Below are positions 1 to 8,453 of a stretch of DNA of 29,982 nt, piece by piece. The stretch spans positions 1-29,982 of the forward strand of contig JBEKYR010000055.1 in NCBI GenBank assembly GCA_049510745.1, in the 5' to 3' direction. The position numbers and the translations under genes were made by a program. This DNA comes from Verrucomicrobiota bacterium. Lineage in GTDB: Bacteria; Verrucomicrobiota; Verrucomicrobiia; Limisphaerales; Palsa-1400. The notes below the pieces were generated by a model. The model was not told the DNA's origin. It did not search any database and saw only the letters and a list, made by a program, of their open reading frames with translations. Positions within the stretch are counted from its first letter, which is position 1, and every line of letters starts with the position of its first letter.

Positions 1-99
1 GCAACTCAAGCAATTGGAGAGTCTTTCCCGTCGGATCATCTTCCAATCGACCCCAAATCCGCGCCGTCGCAAACGGTTGACGCAAAAGGTTTTAGGCAC

Positions 100-122
100 T
101 AACTAAGTGCCATTCGGGTCAA
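100..122 (-). repeat. Left copy of a putative tyrosine-recombinase core site (minus strand TTGACCCGAA-TGGCAC-TTAGTTA)
   Basis: 100-119 TAACTAAGTGCCATTCGGGT is the exact reverse complement of 29862-29881. The AA-N6-TT layout resembles dif; that function is inferred. Confidence 0.6.
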
Positions 123-307
123 CCCATAGTTTGGTTCGCTTTTGTCGCAGGGGGTCTTCCATAGTTCCTCCGGATTTTTAAGTTTTCTCGTGGATTTCAG
201 CGAACGCGGCGGCGGCTCAAACAATCGCTTCTTCAATCCTCGCCCGGCCGAACCCCTTCTTTATCCTGTCATCCTTTCTCAGGGTATTCTCTGGTCCTCT
301 CCGCGGT

Positions 308-827
308 GCCATGTCTCAGAATCGTTTATTCTCGGGAAAGTGTCTCGCCACGGATTTCGCGGAGTTTCACGGATGGAAACCCCGTCGTTTCCCATCCCCA
401 CGCGCAAGCCCACGCGCCAGCGTCAGCCCGACAATTTGTTCACTTGTCAGCCCAACAATTTGTTCATTTGTGTATTCCGTGCCATCCGTGGTCGCCTTCC
501 TTTCGTTACCGCTGCCGCTCTGCACTGCCATCCCGAAACGTTTTGTTTTCCTGACAAGATTCTTCGCCGCAAAAAAACGTAAGGAACACAGAGATAAGAG
601 ATTACGTTGTTTTTTCTTTGCGACCTTTGCACTGCACTGTCTCAATATCGCTCATTCTCGCGAGGATTTTTTCATTACCCATGCAACCTCCCATCAATCT
701 TTTAACGCAAGGACGCAAGGGCGCAAACCTGCAAGGGCCCAGCAAAGGAAGCTTTGCGTCTTGGCGTCTTGGCGCCTTTGCGTTGAATTCCTTTTGGCTG
801 CGGCTGCCGCGCTGCGCTCTTTGCGGC
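308..827. repeat. Stack of three related miniature cassettes, each carrying a different periodic imperfect palindrome
   Basis: Hairpin arms at 348-374/468-491, 566-593/(616-630 + 816-827) and 704-736/752-784. Similar left ends at 308-337 and 634-663; similar right ends at 497-523 and 788-815. Confidence 0.65.
422..469 (+). repeat. 24-bp tandem duplication
   Basis: GTCAGCCCGACAATTTGTTCACTT followed by GTCAGCCCAACAATTTGTTCATTT (22/24 identical). Confidence 0.9.
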
Positions 828-850
828 AAAATCCGCCCCAGGCCGTGCGA

Positions 851-922
851 TTTTTCAACAAAAAACTTGTAATCCCCTCAAAACGTGCAATTATTCCCGT
901 GTGCGAGCACTGCTCTTTGACA
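851..922 (+). promoter_or_regulatory. Possible promoter with upstream A/T tract and boxA-like element
   Basis: A-tract, then TTGTAA (867-872), a weak -10 near 889-895, and TGCTCTTTGACA (911-922), which matches E. coli rrn boxA TGCTCTTTAACA at 11/12. Confidence 0.3.
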
Positions 923-1036
923 TAAAGTGGAGCCGCCGGCGACCGGTCCTGTTCGCCCGCCGCGGGACGCACCCCAGGCCGCTGGCAATCCGCCCCGCTT
1001 AAAAAGCAGGAATCGAACCCCCAAAAAACGACGCCC

Positions 1037-1193
1037 AATCAAACCAAAAATCAAACCAAATCAAACCAAATCAGACTAAATCAAACCAAAACAGAAGGGG
1101 GGGGAGGGGGGTCAAGCCCGGTCAAATCAAGGCACCGAAGGTCGCCCAGTCCGTGCCAGTCCGTGCCAGTCCATTCACTGATTCACTGATTCA
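1037..1193 (+). repeat. Short tandem repeat cluster: (AATCAAACCA)x~5, G-run, (CCAGTCCGTG)x~2.7, (ATTCACTG)x~2.6
   Basis: Directly visible at 1037-1091, 1097-1111, 1146-1172 and 1173-1193. Confidence 0.9.
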
Positions 1194-1208
1194 TTTGATC
1201 TCCGCGCA

Positions 1209-3659
1209 TTGCCAAGCTTTCGAGTTTGCGATTTCCCATTTACGAGGGAAAATGGACTCCTGAAATTTGACGAAACATCGAAGCTCTTTGAAGTCTCCGT
1301 CCGCGAATTGGCCGAGACCGACGGCTCCAGGCGCATCGGCTTCGAGCGCGGCGAGGGCTGGCATCGCCTCGGACTGGGCGCCGAATTGCACGCCCGCGTC
1401 CTCCGCGCCCGATGCCTGGCCCGCCCCGGCTATCGCCGCGAGGTCCACCTCCAATCCCGCTGGCCCGTGGAAGATTGGACGGCCCTGATCACCGGCCGCC
1501 TGGACGGCTGCGTGCAGGACCCCGCCGGCTCCTGGTTGATCGAAGAATTCAAATCCGCCTACCTCCCCTCCGCCGACGCCCGCCGCGCCGACGCCGCCTT
1601 TGACCGCCATCAACGCCAGCTTCTTCTCTATTGCCATCTCTGGCGCCGCTTGGGCCACGCGCCCGTCTCCGGCTCGCTCGTTTATCTGGACCTCGCCACC
1701 GCGGAGGAATTCTCCGTCGCCGTCCCCTATGACGAAGCCGCCCTGGACGCCGAACTGCGCCGCCGCCTTGCCCAACTGCTGGCGATTTGGAAGGCCGAAG
1801 CAAAACTCCGCCAACAAAAGGCCGCCGCCGCCCGCGCCCTCCCCTTTCCCCACGATCAGGCCCGCCCCGGCCAGAAAATCATGATCGACGCCGTGCGCCA
1901 AACGCTGGACGCCGGCGACAATCTGCTCGCCGAGGCCCCCACCGGATCGGGCAAAACGGCCGCCACTCTTTTCCCCGCCCTGGCTCACGGCCTGGCCAAC
2001 GGGCGTCAGGTCGTGTTTCTGACTTCAAAGACTCTCCAGCAGAAAATGGCCGTCTCCGTCTTGCGCGCCTTGAATCGCGACGGCGCCTTCCGCACCGCCC
2101 ACATCCGCGCCAAGGAGAAAATGTGCGCCAACGACCGCGTCCTCTGTCACGAAGATTTTTGCCCCTATGCCAGGGACTACCCCGGCAAAATGGAAAAATC
2201 CCAACTCCTCAACCGCCTCCGCGAGGCGCATCCGCACTTCGATCCGGACGCTGTTTTCGCCGCGGCCAAGCGCGGGCAAGTCTGCCCCTTCGAGGTGCAA
2301 TTGGAGCTGGCCCGCCGCGCCGACGCCCTCGTGGCCGATTACAATTACGTCTTCGACCCCGGCGCCGCCTTGGGCCATCTGGACCGCGAGGGCCTGGCCT
2401 CGGCCATCCTTTTGGTGGACGAAGCCCACAATCTGCCCGACCGCGCCCGCCAAATCTTTTCGCCCGAGCTGCTGGAGGAAACGTTTCGGAACGTGGCCGG
2501 ACGGATCTTGCTGCAATCGGGCGAGTTGTTCGAGTCGCTTTCCCGCATCGTGGACGACGCGGCCGCGCTGCTCCGGGAAACCGCGCGGGCGCTCCCCGAA
2601 ACCGAGGCCATCGCCGAACTCCAACCGCCGGCGTCCCCGCTGCGCGATCTGTGGAAGGAATGGGAACCGCAATTTGTCCGGTACCTTTCCTGGAAACGCG
2701 AGGTCAAACTGGCCCTTCCCGAAGACTCGATTGTGGACCTCCATTTCGCCTGGCAGCGCTTCATGGCCATTCTCAATTTGTTTGGTCCGGGCTTCGCCTG
2801 CGTCGTGGAGAAACGCGCTGCCGGCGTCCGCCTCGCCCTCGTCTGCCTCGATCCGGCCCGCGCCCTCGCGCCCGTCTTTCGCGCGGCATCATCGACTATT
2901 CTCTTTTCCGCCACACTCTCCCCCCTCGACGTCACCCGCCGCCTGCTCGGCCTGGAGAAGGAGCGCACCCGCTCCCTGGCGTTGCCGCCGCCTTTCCCGC
3001 CGGAGAACCGCAAAGTGATGATCCTGCCGCAAGTGCAAACGACCTTCGCCGCGCGCGCCCGGCACTTCGGAACCATCGCCACCCTGATCGCCCGCATGGC
3101 CGGGGCGCAAGGCGGCAACGTCCTGGTTCTATTCCCCAGCTACCAATTTCTCCAGCAAGTGGCCGAAAAAATGCCCCCGCTCCGCTCCGCCTTCGCCGTC
3201 CAGCGGCCGGGTCTCGGCGAACAGGAACGCGAAGCCATCTTCCAATCCCTCGCTTCCGCCCCGCCGGCGGGGATGGTGCTCTTTGCTGTCTTGGGCGGGA
3301 TGTATGCCGAGGGCGTCGATTATCCCGGTGAACTTCTCGGCGGCGTCTATATTGTTTCGCCCGCCCTGCCCCAGGTTTCTTTCGAACGCGAACTCTTGCG
3401 CCGCTATTTCGACGAAACCGAGCAAGCCGGCTTCGAATACGCCTATTTGCAGCCGGGCATGACCCGTGTCATCCAGGCCGCCGGCCGCTTGATTCGCAGT
3501 GAAACCGACCGCGGCGTCATCGCCCTCCTCTGCCAGCGGTTCCTCCAGGAACCCTACGCCAGCCATCTGCCCCGCGATTGGTACCGCGACTCCCCCTTGG
3601 AATTGGTGGCCCGTTCCCCCGCCGCCGAAATCCAAAAATTCCTCAATTCCGCGCGATAA
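1209..3659 (+). CDS. DinG/XPD (Rad3-like) FeS helicase with N-terminal PD-(D/E)XK (RecB/Cas4-like) nuclease domain; start uncertain (possibly CTG 1260)
   Basis: Nuclease motifs GRLDG...IEEFKS...QLLLY; Walker A APTGSGKT; four Cys (KMC, LC, FCPY, VCPF); DEAHN; SATL; LFPSY; EGVD; QAAGRLIRSETDRG. Confidence 0.92.
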   Translation: MPSFRVCDFPFTRENGLLKFDETSKLFEVSVRELAETDGSRRIGFERGEGWHRLGLGAELHARVLRARCLARPGYRREVHLQSRWPVEDWTALITGRLDGCVQDPAGSWLIEEFKSAYLPSADARRADAAFDRHQRQLLLYCHLWRRLGHAPVSGSLVYLDLATAEEFSVAVPYDEAALDAELRRRLAQLLAIWKAEAKLRQQKAAAARALPFPHDQARPGQKIMIDAVRQTLDAGDNLLAEAPTGSGKTAATLFPALAHGLANGRQVVFLTSKTLQQKMAVSVLRALNRDGAFRTAHIRAKEKMCANDRVLCHEDFCPYARDYPGKMEKSQLLNRLREAHPHFDPDAVFAAAKRGQVCPFEVQLELARRADALVADYNYVFDPGAALGHLDREGLASAILLVDEAHNLPDRARQIFSPELLEETFRNVAGRILLQSGELFESLSRIVDDAAALLRETARALPETEAIAELQPPASPLRDLWKEWEPQFVRYLSWKREVKLALPEDSIVDLHFAWQRFMAILNLFGPGFACVVEKRAAGVRLALVCLDPARALAPVFRAASSTILFSATLSPLDVTRRLLGLEKERTRSLALPPPFPPENRKVMILPQVQTTFAARARHFGTIATLIARMAGAQGGNVLVLFPSYQFLQQVAEKMPPLRSAFAVQRPGLGEQEREAIFQSLASAPPAGMVLFAVLGGMYAEGVDYPGELLGGVYIVSPALPQVSFERELLRRYFDETEQAGFEYAYLQPGMTRVIQAAGRLIRSETDRGVIALLCQRFLQEPYASHLPRDWYRDSPLELVARSPAAEIQKFLNSAR

Positions 3660-3665
3660 AGACTC

Positions 3666-5762
3666 TCAAACCCCGCTCCCTTTCCGATCCAGACAGTTCC
3701 GCACCGTCTGCGCCAGTTTTTGCGGCGAATAAGGCTTTTGCAGAAAGTTTTCGCCTTCAATCAAAGGAGGCCCCTTGCCCGTCTCTGCGTTGTAGCCGCT
3801 CGAAAAAATAACTTTCAATTCCGGCTTCTCTCCTTGAAGCCGGCTTGCCAGATCGAAGCCGCTTATCCCATCCGGCATCACCAAGTCAGTCACCAGCAGG
3901 TGAACCGGCTGGCTGCGTTCCTTCCAGCACTTCAGAGCCGCCACGCCGGATTCCGCCTGAATCACCGTGTAACCGCATCGCTGCAGAACGTTGCTCATAA
4001 GGAGCCGCAAGGCCGCTTCGTCTTCCACAAGCAAAATGGTTTCCTTCCCGCCCGGCAGCCGCGCTGTGGCCGTCACTTTTCCTTGCCCCCCCTGACCCTC
4101 CTTGATCGCGGGCAAATAAATGCGAAACGCCGTGCCTCGGCCCACCTCGCTCTTGACGGTGATCCAACCGTGATGCTGCTTGACAATGCCATGCACTGTG
4201 GCCAACCCCAGGCCAGTGCCTCTGCCGGCTTCCTTGGTGGTGAAGAACGGCTCGAAAATCCGCGGCAGCACTTCGGGTGGAATGCCGATGCCGGTGTCGG
4301 CGATGTCCAGGCAAACGTGGCGTCCGGCGGCGGCTTCGGGGTTTTGTCGCGCCTGTTCCTCGTCCAGGGTTTCTGTGCCGGTGGTGATCGCCAGCCGGCC
4401 TCCGGCCAGCATCGCATCGCGCGAGTTCACGGCCAGATTCAGCAGAATCTGTTCGATCATGCCCGCATCCGCGTAAATCAACGGCAAAGCGGGCGCCAGT
4501 TCGGAACACAAGGTGATATCCTCGCCCAAAATGCGTTTCAGCATCTTGATCATGCCAGCCACCACCTCGTTCAAATCCAGACTGGCGGGCTGCATGGCTT
4601 GTTTGCGGCTGAATAGAAGCAATTGCCGGGTCAGGCTGGCGGCGCGCTCGGCGGCCAGGATGATTTGCTGGGTGCATTCGCCCCGTAAAGCCGGATCCAG
4701 GTCGGATATAAGCAGCAAACTGGCGTTGCCGTGAATGGCGGTCAGAATGTTGTTGAAGTCATGCGCCACCCCGCCCGCAAGCTGCCCGATGGCCTCCATC
4801 TTTTGCCCCTGCCGGAACTGTGTTTCCAGCGTGACTTCCTGGGTCACGTCGCGCTTGAGGGCGACATAGTTGACAACTTTGCCCGCCGAGTCATACACCG
4901 GCGAGAGGGTCATCTCTTCCTCGTAAAGGGCGCCGCTCTTCTTTTTGTTCGTGATCCGTCCCGACCACACCTTCCCTTGAACAAGGTTGCCCCACATTTG
5001 CTGGTAAAAGGCCTCGTCGTGTTTGCCGCTCTTGAGCATCCGCGGATTTTGCCCGATGGCTTCCGTCCGCGTGTAACCCGTGATCTTTTCAAACGCGGGG
5101 TTCACATAGAGAATTTTCCCGCTGACGTCGGTTATCACAATCGCCTCGGCAGCCTGCTCCACGGCGGTTGCCAGGCGGGAATGCGCTTCCTCCATCAGCT
5201 TGCGCTCCGCGATCTCGCGCTTGAGCTCGCGGTTGGCCTTGTCCAACTCCTCCATTTTATCTTCCAGCTTGTGGATGAGCACCTCGCTGTATTGCCGCAG
5301 GTGCTTCGTTTCTTCTTCCTGCGAAGCCGTGACCGGAATGCGGCCGGGCGGGGCCACCGCCGGCGGAGCAGACGCAGCCGCCCCGCGGACGGCGGGATCC
5401 GTCAGAACCTGTTTGATTCGCGCCATAAAGTCCCCCGGCTCGACAGGTTTAAGAATGAAGGCATTGGCGCCGAGGCTCAGGGCCAGTTGCTCGTCCTTGG
5501 GATCGGTATAGGTGGCGGTATAGACGACGAAGGGAATCAACTTGAGCCGCGCGTCCGCTCTCCACTGTCGCAGCAGGGTGTAGCCATCCATCACCGGCAT
5601 GAGCAGGTCGGAGATGATGAGTTGCGGCGGGTTTTGCAGGGCCTTCTCGAGAGCCTCGGAACCGTTGCGCGCGCTCTCGACCTCGTACCCGCTGCTCTTC
5701 AACAGGGTTTGGAGCAAATAACGGCTCTCCTCCCGGTCATCTACTATCAGGGCTCGGATCAC
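3666..5762 (-). CDS. Hybrid sensor histidine kinase (REC-PAS-HisKA-HATPase-REC, CckA-like)
   Basis: N-terminal receiver ([14 protein letters not shown]), PAS/PAC, H-box [22 protein letters not shown]-box GTGLGL and a C-terminal receiver. Likely GTG start at 5762 after a GGAG RBS. Confidence 0.93.
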   Translation of the reverse strand: MIRALIVDDREESRYLLQTLLKSSGYEVESARNGSEALEKALQNPPQLIISDLLMPVMDGYTLLRQWRADARLKLIPFVVYTATYTDPKDEQLALSLGANAFILKPVEPGDFMARIKQVLTDPAVRGAAASAPPAVAPPGRIPVTASQEEETKHLRQYSEVLIHKLEDKMEELDKANRELKREIAERKLMEEAHSRLATAVEQAAEAIVITDVSGKILYVNPAFEKITGYTRTEAIGQNPRMLKSGKHDEAFYQQMWGNLVQGKVWSGRITNKKKSGALYEEEMTLSPVYDSAGKVVNYVALKRDVTQEVTLETQFRQGQKMEAIGQLAGGVAHDFNNILTAIHGNASLLLISDLDPALRGECTQQIILAAERAASLTRQLLLFSRKQAMQPASLDLNEVVAGMIKMLKRILGEDITLCSELAPALPLIYADAGMIEQILLNLAVNSRDAMLAGGRLAITTGTETLDEEQARQNPEAAAGRHVCLDIADTGIGIPPEVLPRIFEPFFTTKEAGRGTGLGLATVHGIVKQHHGWITVKSEVGRGTAFRIYLPAIKEGQGGQGKVTATARLPGGKETILLVEDEAALRLLMSNVLQRCGYTVIQAESGVAALKCWKERSQPVHLLVTDLVMPDGISGFDLASRLQGEKPELKVIFSSGYNAETGKGPPLIEGENFLQKPYSPQKLAQTVRNCLDRKGSGV

Positions 5763-6147
5763 GTTGTTCTCCTTTCTGGTTGGGCGGCAGGAATCGCTCA
5801 ATCTCCGTCACAAACGTGTCGGGATTGATCGGTTTCTCAAGGTAGCCGTTGCATCCGGCCGCCAACGATTTCTCGCGGTCGCCCACCATCGCGTAGGACG
5901 TGACCGCGATGATCGGAATGTCCCGCAGCGCCGGATTGCTCCGCAGCTCCCGCGCCACGGCGTAGCCGTCCATCAGCGGCAACTGGATGTCCAGCAGGAT
6001 GAGCGCGGGGTTGATGGTCCTGGCCAGTTCGATGCCGGCACGGCCATCGAATGCGGCTATGACCAGATAGCCGCGCTTTTCCAGCAGGAACGTGGCGAGA
6101 TAGCGGTTCTGCTCGTTGTCTTCGATCAAAAGAACTTTCGGTTTCAT
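5737..6147 (-). CDS. Single-domain response regulator (DivK-like)
   Basis: LLIEDN, LLDIQLPLMDG, IIAVTSYAMVGD, YLEKP; overlaps the stop of the upstream kinase (ATGA). Confidence 0.93.
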   Translation of the reverse strand: MKPKVLLIEDNEQNRYLATFLLEKRGYLVIAAFDGRAGIELARTINPALILLDIQLPLMDGYAVARELRSNPALRDIPIIAVTSYAMVGDREKSLAAGCNGYLEKPINPDTFVTEIERFLPPNQKGEQRDPSPDSR

Positions 6148-8312
6148 CGCTTGCTCATGTGTTTCAGTGGCAAAACGAACGTGAAAACGCTTCCCTCACC
6201 CCAGGCGCTTTTTGCCGAAATTTCTCCTCCCAGCAGGCCCGCCAGACGGCGGCAAATGGTCAGCCCCAGACCTGTTCCCTCGTACTGCCGGGTCAGACTG
6301 GAATCAATCTGCCGGAATGGCTGGAAGATTTTCTCCATGTCTTCTGGTTTGATGCCGATGCCCGTGTCGGTCACGCACAGCCGGGCCGCGGACTGCGGCG
6401 TTCCTTGGTTGGGGAAGTTGTGATCTTTGATCAACGCGGCTTCCAAGGTGACCTCGCCACGCTCGGTGAATTTGACGGCATTGTTCAGCAGGTTCAGCAA
6501 CACTTGCTCGACGCGCAACCGGTCGCTGATGGCCTGTTCCACGTCCGGGGACAGAATCACCCGCAACGCCAGTCCCTTTTTCTCCGCCAGTGGTTTGACC
6601 AGCGCGGCCACCTTCTCAAGTGAGGTCCGCAAGTCGAACCGTTCGGCGCGGATTTCCAGTTGGCCGGCTTCGATCTTCGAGATGTCCAGTACGTCGTTAA
6701 TGAGCGCCAACAGATGCCGCGCGCTGCTCTGCACCATGCCCAGTTGTTTGGTCTGTTCGGCGTTCAACGGCCCGGCCAGCCCTTGCAGGAGGATGCCGGT
6801 GAAGCCGATAATGGAATTCAGCGGCGTGCGCAACTCGTGTGACATGGTCGCCAGAAACGCGGATTTGAGCCGGTCCGCCGACTCGGCGCGTTCCTTGGCC
6901 TCGGCCAGTTCGGTCGTGCGCACGAGGACCCGCTCTTCGAGGCTGGCCTGGGCGGCCCGCAACTCTTCTTCGACCCGTTTGCGTTCCGTGATGTCGGTCA
7001 TGACGGCCACGCGGGCGTTTCGCCCCTTGTACACCAGATCATGTGAACTGGCCACGATGGTGATCAGTGAACCGTCGTGTTTGCGGTGACGCCATTCGCC
7101 CACGTTGGCGTGCCCCTGCAACCGGGTTATCAGTTCGGCGATCTTCGCTTTTTCTTCTTCGGGATAGAGGTCGGTCAGCCGCAAAGCCAGCGCTTCCTCG
7201 AGACTGTAGCCATAGTGCCGCAAGAAAGCCTCGTTCACCGCCAGCATTTTCAGTGTGACGCGCTCGTAAATGAGCATCGGCATCGGGTTGTGCTTAAAGA
7301 GGAACCGATAGCTCGTTTCGTTCTCCCGCAAAATCTCCTCCGCCCGTTTGCGCTCGGTCACGTCGCGCGAGACTACGACCACTTTGGAAACCTGTCCCCG
7401 GTCATCCCGAATCACGGTGCCCTGCGATTCGATGTGCCGCGCCTGCCCGTTTTGATCCATCATGCGGTATTCCAGCCGTTGTCCGATGCCGGTTAAAACC
7501 GTCTCTTGGAAAACTCGTTGCACCCGCGCCCGATCTTCTGGATGGACCTCGTCGAACGAGCACGTGCCAATCAGTCCTTCCGGGTCGCCCAGAATGCGAC
7601 CGTAGGAGGGGCTGTTGTAGAGACGGCGGCCGTTCAGATCGAGCACCGCCACCAAATCGGCCAGATTCTCCATGATCGAGCGGAACTGTTCCTCGCTTTG
7701 GCGCAGAATGATGCTGTTGGCGTGCTCCACCATTTCGCGATACTTCCGTTCGCCTTCGCGCACTTCTTCCTCAGCTTTCATGAGCCGGTCATGCTCGGAC
7801 TGAACGCGGGCCAATTCCCGCGTGCGGCGGCGCAGTTCCAGTTGCGTCATCACCTGCCGGCTGAGAACACGGAGAGACTCCTGTTGGCCGGGTCTCAATT
7901 CTCTGGGAACATGGTCAATAACGCAGAGCGTGCCGAGCGCCTGGCCCTCGGGCGAGACGAGGGGCGCGCCCGCGTAAAACCGGATGCGCGGCTCGGCGGT
8001 GACGAGGGGATTGTCGGCAAACCGCTCGTCGAGAGCTGCATCCGGCACGATAAAAAGGCCGCTCTGATGGATGGCGTGGCCGCAGAAGGAAATGTCGCGC
8101 ACGGTTTCGGAAACCCTCAGGCCGATCTGCGACTTGGCCCACTCCCGGTTTTCATCCACCAGCGAAATGAGCGCGATGGGGGCTTCGCAGATGTGCGCGG
8201 CCAGCGCCGTAAGTTCGTCAAAGGCTTCCTCCGGTCGCGTATCCAACACTTCATACTGCCGGAGAACCTCAAGACGCCGTTTTTCGTCCTGCGATGGTAA
8301 CGAAGGTTTCAT
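6144..8312 (-). CDS. GAF-PAS-PAS sensor histidine kinase
   Basis: GAF (SFCGHAI, DERFADNPLV, RFYAGAPL), two PAS domains, H-box MSHELRTPLNSI, NLLNNAVKFT, DTGIGI, GTGLGL. Confidence 0.93.
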   Translation of the reverse strand: MKPSLPSQDEKRRLEVLRQYEVLDTRPEEAFDELTALAAHICEAPIALISLVDENREWAKSQIGLRVSETVRDISFCGHAIHQSGLFIVPDAALDERFADNPLVTAEPRIRFYAGAPLVSPEGQALGTLCVIDHVPRELRPGQQESLRVLSRQVMTQLELRRRTRELARVQSEHDRLMKAEEEVREGERKYREMVEHANSIILRQSEEQFRSIMENLADLVAVLDLNGRRLYNSPSYGRILGDPEGLIGTCSFDEVHPEDRARVQRVFQETVLTGIGQRLEYRMMDQNGQARHIESQGTVIRDDRGQVSKVVVVSRDVTERKRAEEILRENETSYRFLFKHNPMPMLIYERVTLKMLAVNEAFLRHYGYSLEEALALRLTDLYPEEEKAKIAELITRLQGHANVGEWRHRKHDGSLITIVASSHDLVYKGRNARVAVMTDITERKRVEEELRAAQASLEERVLVRTTELAEAKERAESADRLKSAFLATMSHELRTPLNSIIGFTGILLQGLAGPLNAEQTKQLGMVQSSARHLLALINDVLDISKIEAGQLEIRAERFDLRTSLEKVAALVKPLAEKKGLALRVILSPDVEQAISDRLRVEQVLLNLLNNAVKFTERGEVTLEAALIKDHNFPNQGTPQSAARLCVTDTGIGIKPEDMEKIFQPFRQIDSSLTRQYEGTGLGLTICRRLAGLLGGEISAKSAWGEGSVFTFVLPLKHMSKR

Positions 8313-8453
8313 TGTCCCACTGCAAAACTACCGGTCTTTCTTTAATCCACCCGAAACATATCCGTTTCCTTGCCCGATTGCCAGTGGAAACTTCAGCCGC
8401 CTTTGTGAAACACTCCGCCATCCGCAGGGCACATCCATTTACTGAGCCCCTCA

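Noticed and set aside
142..1038. Overlapping ORFs of 61-204 aa in the first kilobase
   Set aside because: They are translations of palindromic repeats, with no domain motifs and no consistent coding frame.
422..1193. Possible CRISPR array near the Cas4-like nuclease-DinG gene (type IV-like)
   Set aside because: The repeats are directly tandem with no unique spacers, and there are no cas/csf genes.
1787..3331. Long alternative-frame and antisense ORFs (also 4731-5828, 8979-10163, 12380-13780, 23096-24811, 27566-29137)
   Set aside because: Shadow ORFs expected in high-GC coding DNA; each overlaps a gene with clear family motifs.
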